Source: an uncultured Chroococcidiopsis sp. (lineage in GTDB: Bacteria > Cyanobacteriota > Cyanobacteriia > Cyanobacteriales > Chroococcidiopsidaceae). Taken from it: DNA of 64,000 nucleotides. Where the stretch lies: NCBI GenBank assembly GCA_964248365.1, contig CAXTYC010000017.1, forward strand, positions 47,664 through 111,663, read 5' to 3'. Shown here piece by piece: positions 50,432 through 61,736 of this stretch; positions within the stretch are counted from its first letter, which is position 1; each line of letters opens with the position of its first letter. Position numbers and translations under genes: made by a program. The notes beneath the pieces were generated by a model. It made no database searches. It was not told where the DNA came from and was given only the letters and a program-made list of their open reading frames with translations.

Positions 50432-50969
50432 AACTGACTCCTCTGAAATTAACTATAAGTGGTGAGATTGTAAAGTGGGCGATAAAAATGAGAATGTCCG
50501 GTTATGCACTATGGAAGCCCCGCCAGTTGACATCCATAAGCTGTCAACTGGACGCAAACATCAATTACCCGACCTAGATGCGTAAGCAATATCAGTAAGC
50601 ATAGTTACACTGTTAACTCACGAGTCCAGGTAGCCTTGCACAACAAAACAACAAGCTTAAGCTAACGCTGTCTGTGTTTTGTGTCCAAGGGAAATTTCAC
50701 TGATTACTTGATGATGATTGGGTTAGCTTAATTCCTTCAATCTGATAAATATACCCTTGACAATTTATAATTTATATGCAGTCTGATTAACTTCTTAACA
50801 GTAGATTGACTCAAAAGCTATCTCAATCAAAGAGGATAGGAAAGGATTAAGTATGAAGTGTGTACGCTTCGCGTTGCCGCCGGCTAGGATGAAGTGTGAG
50901 AGGGGGAGCCTTGGGGAGCAATATCAATTGATAATTGATAATTGATAATTGTTTCCCTTTCCCCTTTCC

Positions 50970-51872
50970 ATGACCCAATCATCTACTTCCCAGTTAAAGT
51001 CTGAAATTGAGGCGCTACCCTCGTGGTTACGCCGACCGATTGGTAAAGCTAGTGAACTTTCTACAGTACAAAGAATAATCAAGCAGCGCCAAATTCACAC
51101 AATTTGTGAAGAAGGACGTTGCCCGAATCGAGGAGAATGTTATGCCCAGAACACGGCAACTTTCTTGCTGATGGGACCAGTTTGTACTAGATCTTGCGCT
51201 TTTTGTCAAGTAGATAAAGGTCACGCCCCCATGCCTTTAGATCCAGAAGAACCACAAAAGATTGCCGAAGGAGTGCAGTTATTGGGGTTACGCTATGTAG
51301 TTTTGACTTCAGTGGCGCGGGATGATCTGCCCGATCAGGGGGCTGGTTGGTTTGTTGCAACAATGTCCGCAATTCGCATTGCTAATCGAGAAACGCAAAT
51401 AGAGGTTTTGACTGCGGATTTTTGGGGTGGTGCAGGGGCTGGAGTAGAGGGGCAAAGAGAACGGATTGCGCTCGTTGTGAGGGCAAAACCAGCTTGTTAC
51501 AACCACAATATTGAAACAGTGCGACGATTGCAAGGACGGGTGAGAAGGGGAGCGAAGTATGAAAGATCGCTGCAAGTTTTGCAAGTGGTGAAAGAGCTTG
51601 ATCCGAGTATACCCACTAAATCAGGGCTAATGTTGGGACATGGGGAGACTGTCTTGGAAGTGATGGAGACAATGAGAGATTTACGGGCGGTAGGATGCGA
51701 TCGCCTTACCATTGGTCAATATATGCGCCCAACGCTTGAACACCTACCCGTACAAAAATACTGGACACCAGAAGAATTTGAGCAACTTGGAGACATCGCC
51801 CGCAAGATGGGATTTGTCCATGTCCGATCTGGTCCACTGGTGCGTAGTTCCTACCATGCAGGACAGGAGTAG
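50970..51872 (+). CDS. lipA: Lipoyl synthase
   Basis: [38 protein letters not shown]. Confidence 0.96.
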   Translation: MTQSSTSQLKSEIEALPSWLRRPIGKASELSTVQRIIKQRQIHTICEEGRCPNRGECYAQNTATFLLMGPVCTRSCAFCQVDKGHAPMPLDPEEPQKIAEGVQLLGLRYVVLTSVARDDLPDQGAGWFVATMSAIRIANRETQIEVLTADFWGGAGAGVEGQRERIALVVRAKPACYNHNIETVRRLQGRVRRGAKYERSLQVLQVVKELDPSIPTKSGLMLGHGETVLEVMETMRDLRAVGCDRLTIGQYMRPTLEHLPVQKYWTPEEFEQLGDIARKMGFVHVRSGPLVRSSYHAGQE

Positions 51873-52115
51873 TGACTAGTGGAACCAGTGACTAGTGACT
51901 AGAGGTAAGAGAATTTTGGAGCCATAGATTTTGGATAATAGAATTGGAAACTCTCTTTGATCTCCCCTGAAACCTTCTTCTAGCCACTGGTTCCACTGGT
52001 TCCACTAGCCCCTCGCCCCTCACTTTACACAAAATATTCTTAACGGGTGTTGGTAATTGGGACACTCTTTGGTATTTCTGAAGAAGACCTTAAATAATTA
52101 TGAGGAGAGAAGCTT

Positions 52116-52289
52116 ATGAGTACGGGAGCCAACCAAGCAGCTAATAAAGCAGCTGGAGCAGCAGCCGGAACAGCGGTTGCCAAAACTAATGCCAAACCGC
52201 CTTATCCGTTTCGCACCGCAATTAGCCTGGTTCTGCTAGCAGGTAATATTCTGGTAGCGGCTATCTACTTCCACGTCGTTAATCCCTAG
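52116..52289 (+). CDS. psaX: Photosystem I subunit PsaX (57 aa; absent from the ORF track)
   Basis: ...AKTNAKPPYPFRTAISLVLLAGNILVAAIYFHVVNP*; GAGGAG ribosome-binding site. Confidence 0.88.
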   Translation: MSTGANQAANKAAGAAAGTAVAKTNAKPPYPFRTAISLVLLAGNILVAAIYFHVVNP

Positions 52290-52462
52290 TTTGTTGGGGG
52301 CTAGAGGAACCAGAGGAACTAGAGGAACCAGAGGCTAGAGGAACCAGAGGAACCAGAGGCTAGTCTGCCCCTCTGCCCACGCCACTATGCCCCTGGAGCC
52401 CCTTTGCCCCTTGCGCCCCCCTTGTCCCCTTGTCCTCACGCGCGCCCCTAATCCCTAGTCCC

Positions 52463-53329
52463 TCAAATCGTACCTTTGAACAAACCTTTGGGACGAATGA
52501 GCAGCACCAAAATCATGATAAACAGACCTACACCTTGTTTATATTGAGAACCAAGCCAAGGTGTACTGACTTCTTGGGTGATGCCGATAACTAAAGCAGC
52601 GGCGATCGCACCGTAGGGGTTGCCAATTCCTCCCAAGATTACTGATGCGAACATGGGCAAAATCAGAAACCAGCCCATATTTGGTCGTACCGCTGTAATC
52701 AGTCCGTACATACTGCCACCTAGCGCTGTCAAACTGCCAGCAATTACCCAAGTCCAAATCACAACCGAGTCAACATTGATACCAGAAACACGGGCGAGGT
52801 CAATATTATCAGCAACGGCTCGCATAGCCTTACCAATTTTTGTGTTCTGCAACAAGTAGTGCAACACCAAAATTGCCAGCGCTGCTAGGAACATAACTAA
52901 AAGTTGATTTTGAGGCACTCTTAAGCCCAAAATTTCCCTTGCCGGATTGACAGGCAAATCGTAATCTCGGTTGCTACCGCCCCAAATTAAGATGATGCCG
53001 TTGCGAATAAATAAGGCAAGTCCGATAGAGATAATAATTAGGGTAGTAGAAGAAGCTCTCTTCAAGCGCATCTTTGACCAGATCAACTTTTCTGACAACA
53101 GCATCGCTGCTACAGTGCCAATTGCTCCCAACACCATTGAGAACCAGATATTTATTCCACTGGTATTGGCTAGCAGAGTCAGATAAGCTCCCAGAGTCAT
53201 AAAATCACCATGAGCAAAGTTAGACAGCCGCAAAATCCCATAAGTTAGTGTTAGTCCCACCGCAGCTAGGGCAATGATGCTGCCTACAGCCATACCATTC
53301 ACAAACAATTGAGCTAGTTGTGCATCCAT
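52463..53329 (-). CDS. natD: Neutral/branched-chain amino-acid ABC transporter permease (LivH/NatD)
   Basis: GSIIALAAVGLTLTYGILRLSNFAHGD, GKAMRAVAD, VILGGIGNPYGA, RPKGLF. Confidence 0.88.
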   Translation of the reverse strand: MDAQLAQLFVNGMAVGSIIALAAVGLTLTYGILRLSNFAHGDFMTLGAYLTLLANTSGINIWFSMVLGAIGTVAAMLLSEKLIWSKMRLKRASSTTLIIISIGLALFIRNGIILIWGGSNRDYDLPVNPAREILGLRVPQNQLLVMFLAALAILVLHYLLQNTKIGKAMRAVADNIDLARVSGINVDSVVIWTWVIAGSLTALGGSMYGLITAVRPNMGWFLILPMFASVILGGIGNPYGAIAAALVIGITQEVSTPWLGSQYKQGVGLFIMILVLLIRPKGLFKGTI

Positions 53330-53704
53330 TTTCTTTGACTTATACCATTTTGGGTTTTAGATTTTGGATTTTAGATTGGGAATCGCTTTGTATTTTTAAG
53401 TTGTGTGAATCCATTTGTCGCATTCTTTTTTCAAATTGGAATTACTTTGTAGGTAATTCCCAATCGGTAAAGAAACAATCATTCTTAAGGGTAAAGGGGA
53501 AAGGATAAAGGATAAAGGGTAAAGGAGTCAGGAGTTGTGAATGTTTAATTCTTCATCTCCCTTTTGCTCCCTTTTGCTCCTTTAGTAGCAGTTGGGAGAA
53601 AGGACGAGTAAAATGGGCTGGTTTGCTTAGCAATTAGCAATTTGCAGAAGTTCCTCCGTTCTCGCCCAGTGCCTAAACGAGAAATTTATCGCAACAAGTC
53701 TTAT

Positions 53705-55609
53705 ATGTCCATGCTATGGTTTGCTTTTACCAGTCTCCACGCCCGCATGACAGTTTTAGTCATCTTTGCTGTCTTGCCCCTGTATGCCTTCATCCTACTC
53801 AATAGCTTATATAACAGGCAGACTTTCACTTGCACACTCGTGACATTGTTGGCGCTGGTTGCGATCGCTATTATCAGCTTTGGCAGTGAATTTATACTTT
53901 TGCGTTGGGTGCGGTTGCTAACACACGTCAGCAAGCAGTTAGCAGGGGGCGATCTCAACGTTCGCATCAATAACTTAGGATCTGCGCCTACAGAAATTAG
54001 GCAATTAGCTCAAACTTTTAACCAAATGGCTGCCTCGCTAGAACAGCAATTAGCCTCTTCTCGTTCGATTGAAGCTCAGTTGAGCAAAGCAAACGAGCGA
54101 TTTCAACTTGCTGCTGCTGCCGTAAATGCCATCATCTATGAGTGGGATATCGAGAAGCGAACAATCGAAAGGACACAAGGGCTATTCAATGTTTTAGGCA
54201 TTCAACCCGAAGAGGCTGACACTCGCCCTGATTGGTGGCTTGAGCGTGTACATCCAGATGACACAGAGCGCATACGCATAACGATTGATACTGCCACAAC
54301 TAAAAGCAGCGATCGCAATTTTGAACTCGAATATCGCATTCTTAACAAGGAAAATCAGTATGTATATGTCTGGGATAAAGGACTGATTTTGAGAAATGCT
54401 GATGGATGTGCGGTACGAGTAGTCGGCAGTGTCTTGGATATTAACCAGCGCAAGCGGGTAGAGGAGAATCTGCACGAGAGTGAACAGCGGTTTTATCAGA
54501 TAGCTGAAAATATCCGTGAGGTTCTTTGGATAGCTACTCCAGGGCTAAAACAAATCATATACATTAATCCTGTGTATGAAAAGATTTGGGGTTTATCTGC
54601 TGAAAGATTGTATGCTCAACCCACGTCGTGGATAGAAACGATTCATCCAGAAGATCGGGAACTCGTCATTGCTCACTTTCAAGAAAATATCCTATCAGAT
54701 TGCGAACTGGAATATCGGCTCGTGCGATCTGATCGCTCAATTTGTTGGGTACGCTCTCGTGCCTTTCCCATCTGCGACGAAGCAGGGAAAGTATACCGCG
54801 TAGCTGGTTTGATTGAGGATATCACCCAGCGCAAGAACTGGGAAGCAGAAAGAAAGCATCTTAACGAAACTTTAGAGCAACGAGTGCAGGAACGTACAGC
54901 TCAATTAGAAGCGGCTTTACGGGAACTAGATGCTTTTTCCTATTCGGTTTCCCACGATCTGCGCGCTCCTTTGCGACACGTTAGGGGTTTCGTAGATGCC
55001 TTGGCGTTGCAACTAGAGCAAAGTGGATCTTTCGCTAATCCAAAGCTCAGACACTACATAGAAGTAATTCAACATAGCAGCGAAAAAATGGAGCAGTTAA
55101 TCGATGGTTTACTCACTTTATCGCGGGTGGGGCGGCAACCGTTGATAAATCGTCCTGTTAATTTGAGGCAGTTGGTTGATGAAGCGATCGCCTTGATTAA
55201 AGACCAAAAAGAAACACAAAACCATCAGCATCCTTGCATAGAATTTATTGTGGGCGACTTGCCCACAGTCACAGGCGATCCTACATTGCTGCAACAGGTA
55301 TTCAGCAATCTAATCGATAATGCTGTTAAGTTTAGTTGCAATCAATCATCAGCAACAATTGAAATTGGTACTTTACCAGATAGTACAATTTTTGTCAAAG
55401 ATAATGGTGTCGGCTTCCAGATGGAGTATGCCGAGCAGCTATTTGCAGCCTTTGGGCGTTTGCATTCAAAAAAAGAATTCAAAGGCACAGGCATTGGATT
55501 AGCAATTGTGCAGCGGATTATTCATCGTCATGGCGGTACAATTTGGGCAGAAAGTAAACCCCACCTGGGAGCAACTTTTTACTTCAAGCTGGAACAAAGT
55601 ATTAATTAG
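53705..55609 (+). CDS. Membrane histidine kinase TM-TM-HAMP-PAS-PAS-HisKA-HATPase
   Basis: EIRQLAQTFNQMA (HAMP), VHPDD/IHPED, FSYSVSHDLRAPL, NLIDNAVKF, GTGIGLA. Confidence 0.9.
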   Translation: MSMLWFAFTSLHARMTVLVIFAVLPLYAFILLNSLYNRQTFTCTLVTLLALVAIAIISFGSEFILLRWVRLLTHVSKQLAGGDLNVRINNLGSAPTEIRQLAQTFNQMAASLEQQLASSRSIEAQLSKANERFQLAAAAVNAIIYEWDIEKRTIERTQGLFNVLGIQPEEADTRPDWWLERVHPDDTERIRITIDTATTKSSDRNFELEYRILNKENQYVYVWDKGLILRNADGCAVRVVGSVLDINQRKRVEENLHESEQRFYQIAENIREVLWIATPGLKQIIYINPVYEKIWGLSAERLYAQPTSWIETIHPEDRELVIAHFQENILSDCELEYRLVRSDRSICWVRSRAFPICDEAGKVYRVAGLIEDITQRKNWEAERKHLNETLEQRVQERTAQLEAALRELDAFSYSVSHDLRAPLRHVRGFVDALALQLEQSGSFANPKLRHYIEVIQHSSEKMEQLIDGLLTLSRVGRQPLINRPVNLRQLVDEAIALIKDQKETQNHQHPCIEFIVGDLPTVTGDPTLLQQVFSNLIDNAVKFSCNQSSATIEIGTLPDSTIFVKDNGVGFQMEYAEQLFAAFGRLHSKKEFKGTGIGLAIVQRIIHRHGGTIWAESKPHLGATFYFKLEQSIN

Positions 55610-55785
55610 GGAAAAGGGAAAAGGGAAAAGGGGAATTGATTTAACCAAAAACCATTCACCAACTACCAATTACCGTACAGGCGGGTTTATTAGACATACT
55701 TGTGAACCTCCAGATAACTCGTTGAAACCCGCCCCTACCAACTACCAACTACCCAGCCAAGTTATTTTATGAGAGATAAATATTC

Positions 55786-56232
55786 GTGGAAGTAGAGCCA
55801 GCCAGGATTTTACTTGTAGAAGATGAGCCACTAAATGTAGAACTATTGCAGTTGGCTCTCAATAACTACAACTTTTTGAATCAAATCGATATTGTAGAGG
55901 ATGGGGAACAAGCTTTGCAATACTTGCTAGGTCGAGAAGGTAATTCCCCGACTCATCCGCTACCCGATCTAATATTATTAGATTTAAGGCTGCCAAAAAT
56001 TAACGGCGTTCAAGTCCTGCAACAAATTCGTAACAATCCGCGTACTCGTGACTTAACTGTTGTGATCTTGACTACTTCCCCAGAAGATGATCAATTAAAG
56101 GCGTGTTACGCTCTGGGAATTAACAGCTATATTGTCAAACCATTTGGTTTTGAAAAATTAATCTGTGTGATGCGCCGAGTGGGTTTGTACTGGATGCTGT
56201 TGAAAACACCACTGCCACCGCCCTCAAGTTAG
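55786..56232 (+). CDS. Single-domain response regulator (Rcp1-like)
   Basis: LLVEDE, LILLDLRLPKING, LTTS, NSYIVKP. Confidence 0.92.
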   Translation: MEVEPARILLVEDEPLNVELLQLALNNYNFLNQIDIVEDGEQALQYLLGREGNSPTHPLPDLILLDLRLPKINGVQVLQQIRNNPRTRDLTVVILTTSPEDDQLKACYALGINSYIVKPFGFEKLICVMRRVGLYWMLLKTPLPPPSS

Positions 56233-56237
56233 TCCTC

Positions 56238-58490
56238 ATGACAGACACTATCGAGTATTCTCAGGTTTTGAAGAGGCAGGAACTGCTAATTCAATCAAAA
56301 CTCCACTTATTGATTGTGGAGGATATGCAAGCAGATATAGAGCTGATGGCGATCGCTCTAGAAACAGCACAAGTAACCTTTACCTATGATGCGGCTGAGA
56401 CACTCGACGAATGCCGTTCTCTGCTGGCAACCCAAACCTATAATGCTATATTGTCAGATTATCGCCTGCCTGGATTCACGGCTTACCAAGTTTTGCATCT
56501 TTTAGAGCAATCCTCGCAAGAGATTCCATTGATTCTGGTGACAGGTAATTTAGGGGAAGAAGCGGCGGTTGATTGCATCAAGGCTGGGATGACAGACTAT
56601 GTAATCAAACAGCGATTGTTTCGTTTACCAATGGTTTTAACGCGATCGCTGCAAGAATTTGAACTGCGCCGTCAACAGCAACAAGCTGTAGCAAAAATTC
56701 AAATCCAAGCGCAGCAGGAAGCAATTATCAACCGCATTATCGCGGCGATGCGCGGCACATTAGTACTAGATCAGGTGCTGCAAACAACAGCAGATATGCT
56801 GCACGAAATTCTCAATGTTAGTCGCTGTTTAATTTACCTGTCTGACACTCAAGGGGAAATGATTATTCAGTACGCCAGCAATGTGACTGCCCAACAAAAG
56901 GAAATAATTGGGATGCAGTGTACAGTGGTTAATTGTTACAAAAATAAGCTGGCTTTGGGTAATCAAGTATTTTTCAGCAGCGTCACTCAAATTAACCCAC
57001 AGGCGCAGTTACTAGCCAAACAATATAACGTTCGCGCCATTGTGATAACTCCACTAATATATCAACAAAACTATCTGGGTGGAATTACCCTGCATCAGTG
57101 CGATCGCGAACGAAAATGGACAGATAATGAGCTTTCACTATTAAAAGCAATTAGCGATCAATGTGCGATCGCCATTCATCAAGCACAACTGTTTAGCAAA
57201 TTTCAACAACAAGCAACTAGGGAAAGCACACTAAATCAAATCAGTCAAACACTAAACTCCAGCCTCGATCCAGAATATATTTTACAGGAAATTGTCAGAC
57301 TGACTGGAGAATACTTCGGTGTTGATCGGCTGATCATATTTTCGGTAGAACCAGAACAAATTCACATTTTGAATGAATGGCGAAAGAGCGCTCAAGTTTT
57401 CTCCCTCCTGCATCTAAAAATGCCTAAGTCAGAATGGACAGACTTACTAGATCCTACCTCTGACTTTTACTATCGTCGGTGTTTTCATGCACCTGATTAC
57501 GCCCTAGTTCCTTCAACGTCAACTCGACGCATGATGATTGAACAGGGGAACACTCTTTCTGTATTGAGTGTACCAATCTTTATTCGTGATCGTTTGTTTG
57601 GCGGTATAGGTCTACATACAACAACCGCTTATCGCACCTTCACAAACGACGAAATACACTTACTACAACAAATCGCCGATCAAGCAGCGATCGCTCTCTA
57701 CAATGCTCAAAGCTTCGAGCGATTAGAAGAATTAGTTAAACAACGTACTCAAGAATTAGAGCAAGAAAAATTGGTTTCAGATGCCGCAAATCGTGCTAAA
57801 AGCGAATTTTTGAGTACTATTAGCCACGAACTGCGAACCCCACTTACAGGAATTTTGGGCTTTTCTGGTGTCCTCCAAGAAGAAATTTTTGGTTCATTGA
57901 ATACTAAACAAAAACAATATGTTGAATGTATCCATTCTTGTGGCAAGCACTTATTAGAACTAATTAATGAATTATTAGATTTTAATAAAATTGAAGCCGG
58001 AAAAGAAGAATTGAACTTAGAAACTATTGTAGTGGAGGAAATAGGACAAGCTTGTTTATCTTTGATTGGGGAACGTTGTAGAGAGCGAGGTTTACAATTA
58101 TCTATGGCGATCGCCCCTGATGTAACTACCTGCACCGCCGATCAACGTCGTTTAAAGCAAATTTTAGTTAATCTGTTGTCTAATGGGGTTAAGTTTACAG
58201 ATGCTGGTTCAATTACACTGAAAATCGAGAAAACAGCTTCGGAAATCCTGTTCTCGGTAACTGATACTGGAATTGGTATTGCTTTAGCCGATCAAGAGTC
58301 TATATTTAAACCATTTCACCAAGTAGATAGCGGTTTAAATCGTAAATATGAAGGAACTGGTCTAGGTTTAGCCCTGTCCCGTAAACTAGCACAACTGCAT
58401 AAAGGTGATATTACTTTAGAATCAGAACTGGGGCGCGGAAGCTGCTTCACTCTACATTTACCTAGCGAGGGGCTAGGGGCTGGGGGCTAG
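56238..58490 (+). CDS. Hybrid kinase REC-GAF-GAF-HisKA-HATPase
   Basis: IVED...LSDYRLP...DYVIK; two GAFs (DQCAIAIHQAQL, DQAAIALYNA); ISHELRTPL; GTGLGL. Confidence 0.9.
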   Translation: MTDTIEYSQVLKRQELLIQSKLHLLIVEDMQADIELMAIALETAQVTFTYDAAETLDECRSLLATQTYNAILSDYRLPGFTAYQVLHLLEQSSQEIPLILVTGNLGEEAAVDCIKAGMTDYVIKQRLFRLPMVLTRSLQEFELRRQQQQAVAKIQIQAQQEAIINRIIAAMRGTLVLDQVLQTTADMLHEILNVSRCLIYLSDTQGEMIIQYASNVTAQQKEIIGMQCTVVNCYKNKLALGNQVFFSSVTQINPQAQLLAKQYNVRAIVITPLIYQQNYLGGITLHQCDRERKWTDNELSLLKAISDQCAIAIHQAQLFSKFQQQATRESTLNQISQTLNSSLDPEYILQEIVRLTGEYFGVDRLIIFSVEPEQIHILNEWRKSAQVFSLLHLKMPKSEWTDLLDPTSDFYYRRCFHAPDYALVPSTSTRRMMIEQGNTLSVLSVPIFIRDRLFGGIGLHTTTAYRTFTNDEIHLLQQIADQAAIALYNAQSFERLEELVKQRTQELEQEKLVSDAANRAKSEFLSTISHELRTPLTGILGFSGVLQEEIFGSLNTKQKQYVECIHSCGKHLLELINELLDFNKIEAGKEELNLETIVVEEIGQACLSLIGERCRERGLQLSMAIAPDVTTCTADQRRLKQILVNLLSNGVKFTDAGSITLKIEKTASEILFSVTDTGIGIALADQESIFKPFHQVDSGLNRKYEGTGLGLALSRKLAQLHKGDITLESELGRGSCFTLHLPSEGLGAGG

Positions 58491-58647
58491 AGGCTAGGGG
58501 AAGCCTGTGGCAGGGTAAAGGGTAAAGGTAATTCGTAATTCGTAATTCGTAATTCGTAGTTAATCATTCTCCCCCTCTCCCACTCTCCCCCTAGCCCCTA
58601 GCCTCTAGCCCCCTAAAATAGAGTTAGTACCTGATGGGGAGTGGGAA

Positions 58648-59472
58648 ATGATGTTACAGAAACTAGAGCAGCTCAAAGCTATATTTGCAGAAATGGAGCA
58701 GGCTTTAATAGCTTACTCTGGTGGTGTTGATAGCACTTTGGTTGCCAAGATTGCTTATGATGTTTTAGGCGATCGCGCTGTTGCTGTGACAGCTGTTTCG
58801 CCGAGTCTCTTACCTGAAGAGTTGGAAGATGCACAAGTCCAAGCAGCAGAAATCGGGATTGTTCATAAAATAATCCAGACTAACGAAATGGACAACCCGA
58901 ATTACACAGCTAACCCAGTTAACCGCTGCTATTTCTGTAAAAGCGAATTGCATGATACGCTTAAACCCTTGGCAACGCAGTTAGGCTATCCCTATGTGGT
59001 GGATGGGGTTAATGCTGATGATTTGCGGGATTATCGCCCAGGTATTCAAGCGGCGAAGGAACGAGGTGTGCGATCGCCTTTGGCAGAAGTGGGAGTTACT
59101 AAGGAACAAGTTCGCCAATTGTCTCAACAATTGAGTTTACCTTGGTGGGATAAACCAGCGCAACCTTGTCTGAGTTCCCGTTTTCCCTATGGGGAGGAGA
59201 TTACTGTAGCCAAGTTGCAAAGGGTAGGACGTGCAGAAATTTATCTGCGTCGGTTAGGATGGGAAAATCTGCGGGTACGTTCTGAGGGTGATACAGCAAG
59301 GATTGAGTTACCGCCAGAAAAAATTAAAGAGTTTGTGTTGACGACGGATTTACAGGCGATCGTTTTTGCTTTTCAAGGTTTTGGCTTTGTGTATGTGACG
59401 CTGGATCTAGAAGGTTATCGCAGTGGGAAGTTAAATCAGGTTTTGTCGCCTAGTCAGATTTTGAGTGTTTGA
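58648..59472 (+). CDS. larE: LarE-family ATP-dependent sacrificial sulfur transferase
   Basis: AYSGGVDS (PP-loop), NRCYFCK, DYRPG, PCLSSRFPYG, GYRSG. Confidence 0.9.
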   Translation: MMLQKLEQLKAIFAEMEQALIAYSGGVDSTLVAKIAYDVLGDRAVAVTAVSPSLLPEELEDAQVQAAEIGIVHKIIQTNEMDNPNYTANPVNRCYFCKSELHDTLKPLATQLGYPYVVDGVNADDLRDYRPGIQAAKERGVRSPLAEVGVTKEQVRQLSQQLSLPWWDKPAQPCLSSRFPYGEEITVAKLQRVGRAEIYLRRLGWENLRVRSEGDTARIELPPEKIKEFVLTTDLQAIVFAFQGFGFVYVTLDLEGYRSGKLNQVLSPSQILSV

Positions 59473-59662
59473 ACCGCAAAGACGCAAAGAACGCCAAGGG
59501 AATTGAAATAGACACAGACTCCTCCCTCAGTCCTCTTGAGAGGACTTTCGCTATTAGCCCGCAAATTAATTTGCGGGCGGGTGATCGGTTAGATGCGAGG
59601 TATAGTTATACCAACTCTTGCTTTGGGAATTCTAAAAGTAGAAATTCTCTGGATAAAGCAGG

Positions 59663-60697
59663 ATGGAAAGTTTTGTTAGTCTGAGGAAAACAGGATCAGG
59701 GTGGGAATTTGAAAATGAAACTGTTTTGGAAGATTTTGTTTGGGCAAATTTACAGCAGTTACTAGGGTTGATTCCTCTGAAGCGACAATATCGTGTTAGT
59801 GGTCAAATCTGTGACATAGTAGCTGTTGATCAGAATAAGCGGTTAGTTGTGTTGGAACTGAAAAATGGTGAAGATCGTTATATTGTTCAGCAGCTAACTC
59901 GTTATTATGATGCTTTACTTGAGGAGAAAGCATTTAACGCAGAAATAGACTATAGCCTGCCTGTGCGCTTGGTGGCAATTACGCCAAACTTTCACAAAGA
60001 TAATTTTACAGATAGAAAGTATCATAAGCTATTTTTAGAATTTTTGCAATTCAAAATCATTCAAACTAGGCAAATATTATATTTACACTTACAAGATACA
60101 GATACTAATAAAGTCACAAACATTAAGATTGCCCATTAGAAAAGAGATAACACAAATAATATTTCTACTCCACCTAGAGCGCTTATCAAACTTTTAGATA
60201 AGTGTATTTCTGATGAAGGCGATGCAGTTTTGACAATTAGGAAAAAAATTCTTAATTTTGATAGCCGTATGCAAGAAATTCTAAATACTGGAAGTATCAA
60301 TTACTGTAAAGGTAAAAGTAATCCTTGTGCTGAGTTACGTTTTGATAGTGAGAGAAACTGTGCAGCATTGTTTCTGTGGCTACCTCATGTCTCAACTTGG
60401 CAGAAAAAAAGATTTATTGCCAGAATGAGAATTTGGACTGATTGGAAAATAGTTTCAGATGTTGGTCATGTTCCAAAAGGTACTGGCAGAATGATAACTA
60501 AGTCTGAGTGGGAATTAGGAACTGTTCGTCCTTTGAAAAAATTGGTTAAAGGTGATTTTCTACGTAGTAACACACATAAGTCTCCATTAGCTATGAAAGT
60601 TACGCATTATATGAAACTTATAGAGAAGTCAGAAGAATTAAATTATTTAGATACACTAGTAGATATTGCTTTAGAAACTTGGCTTAAGAGGCTTTAA
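59663..60697 (+). pseudogene. NucS/DUF91-like PD-(D/E)xK endonuclease gene interrupted by one in-frame TAG
   Basis: E..LEDFVW, ICDIVAVD, VLELKN, QQLTRYY; TAG at 60137-60139, after which the same frame stays open to TAA 60697. Confidence 0.75.
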
Positions 60698-60760
60698 CAA
60701 AGCAAAAGCGATCGCCTCCTAATAAAATTAAACCGCAAAGACGCAAAGGAAGCGAAGAAA

Positions 60761-61444
60761 ATGAGTTTTAAGCTTGAGAATGTTGTTCCTTGGGGACGTT
60801 TGATGGATGAATATGTCAGGATGTTTGATTTGACTCCTGATGAACTCAAGTTGAATATTCTTGATTGTGCTGGTGGTCCTGCTAGCTTCAATGCCGAAAT
60901 GAATCGTTTAGGATACAAGGTTATTTCTTGCGATCCTATTTATCAGTTTACTGCTAGTGAAATTGAGCAACGAATTCAGGACACTTATCAAAAAATTCTT
61001 GATGGTGTTGTGGTAACTTATGACAGATTTGTTTGGCAGGATATTCAATCGCCAGAGCAATTAGGACAAATTAGAATGGCGGCTATGCGTCAATTTCTAG
61101 AAGATTTTCCTACAGGAATTGAGTCAGGACGATATGTAACAGATGAATTGCCTAATTTATCATTTAATACAAGCCAGTTTGATTTGGCTTTATGCGCGCA
61201 CTTGCTGTTCACTTATTCAGACCAACTTTCAGAAGATTTTCACCTTGCTTCTATCTTGGAAATGTGCAGAGTCGCAAATGAAGTACGCATTTTTCCCCTA
61301 TTGGTACACTTCTCAGGGGAAATATCCCCATTGCTTCAGCCAATTATGAATCGACTGCAAGAGCAAGGATACAAAGTTGAAATCAAGCAAGTTCCTTATG
61401 AGTTTCAAAAGGGCGGAAACCAACTCTTAAGGGTATGTTCATAA
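60761..61444 (+). CDS. Class I SAM-dependent methyltransferase-like protein
   Basis: ILDCAGGPASF, SCDPIY, FDLALCAHLLF, EVRIFPL, YEFQKGGN. Confidence 0.8.
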   Translation: MSFKLENVVPWGRLMDEYVRMFDLTPDELKLNILDCAGGPASFNAEMNRLGYKVISCDPIYQFTASEIEQRIQDTYQKILDGVVVTYDRFVWQDIQSPEQLGQIRMAAMRQFLEDFPTGIESGRYVTDELPNLSFNTSQFDLALCAHLLFTYSDQLSEDFHLASILEMCRVANEVRIFPLLVHFSGEISPLLQPIMNRLQEQGYKVEIKQVPYEFQKGGNQLLRVCS

Positions 61445-61499
61445 CTTTTTGTCGTTATGATAATTGATAATTGATTCATGCTTTCAAGGAGTAAAAAAT

Positions 61500-61736
61500 A
61501 TGTCTATGTCTTGGGAAGAATTAGGCAAAGAAGCTTATAAATTATCAGTGAGCGATCGCCTACTTTTAGTAGAAGCGATTGTTCACTCCCTCAGCAATGA
61601 ACTCAGACCCCGCCCACCAGTGCCAGAAGGTGTACTGGAACGATTGCGTGGTAGCCTGAAAACAGATGCTCCACCACCAACTGACGAGGAAATTGAAGCT
61701 ATGCGAGAAGAACGCTTGCAGGAGAAATACCTGTAA
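61500..61736 (+). CDS. Putative antitoxin / addiction-module protein
   Basis: 78 aa; LSVSDRLLLVEAIVHSL...PPTDEEIEAMREERLQEKYL; TAATG overlap with the PIN gene. Confidence 0.7.
   Translation: MSMSWEELGKEAYKLSVSDRLLLVEAIVHSLSNELRPRPPVPEGVLERLRGSLKTDAPPPTDEEIEAMREERLQEKYL

Noticed and set aside
56238..58490. Cyanobacteriochrome photoreceptor
   Set aside because: I could not find the Asp-motif or CH chromophore-binding motif in either GAF, so bilin binding is unsupported.
58648..59472. Complete lactate racemase (lar) cofactor operon
   Set aside because: Only larE is present here; dispersed lar genes are ordinary in cyanobacteria.
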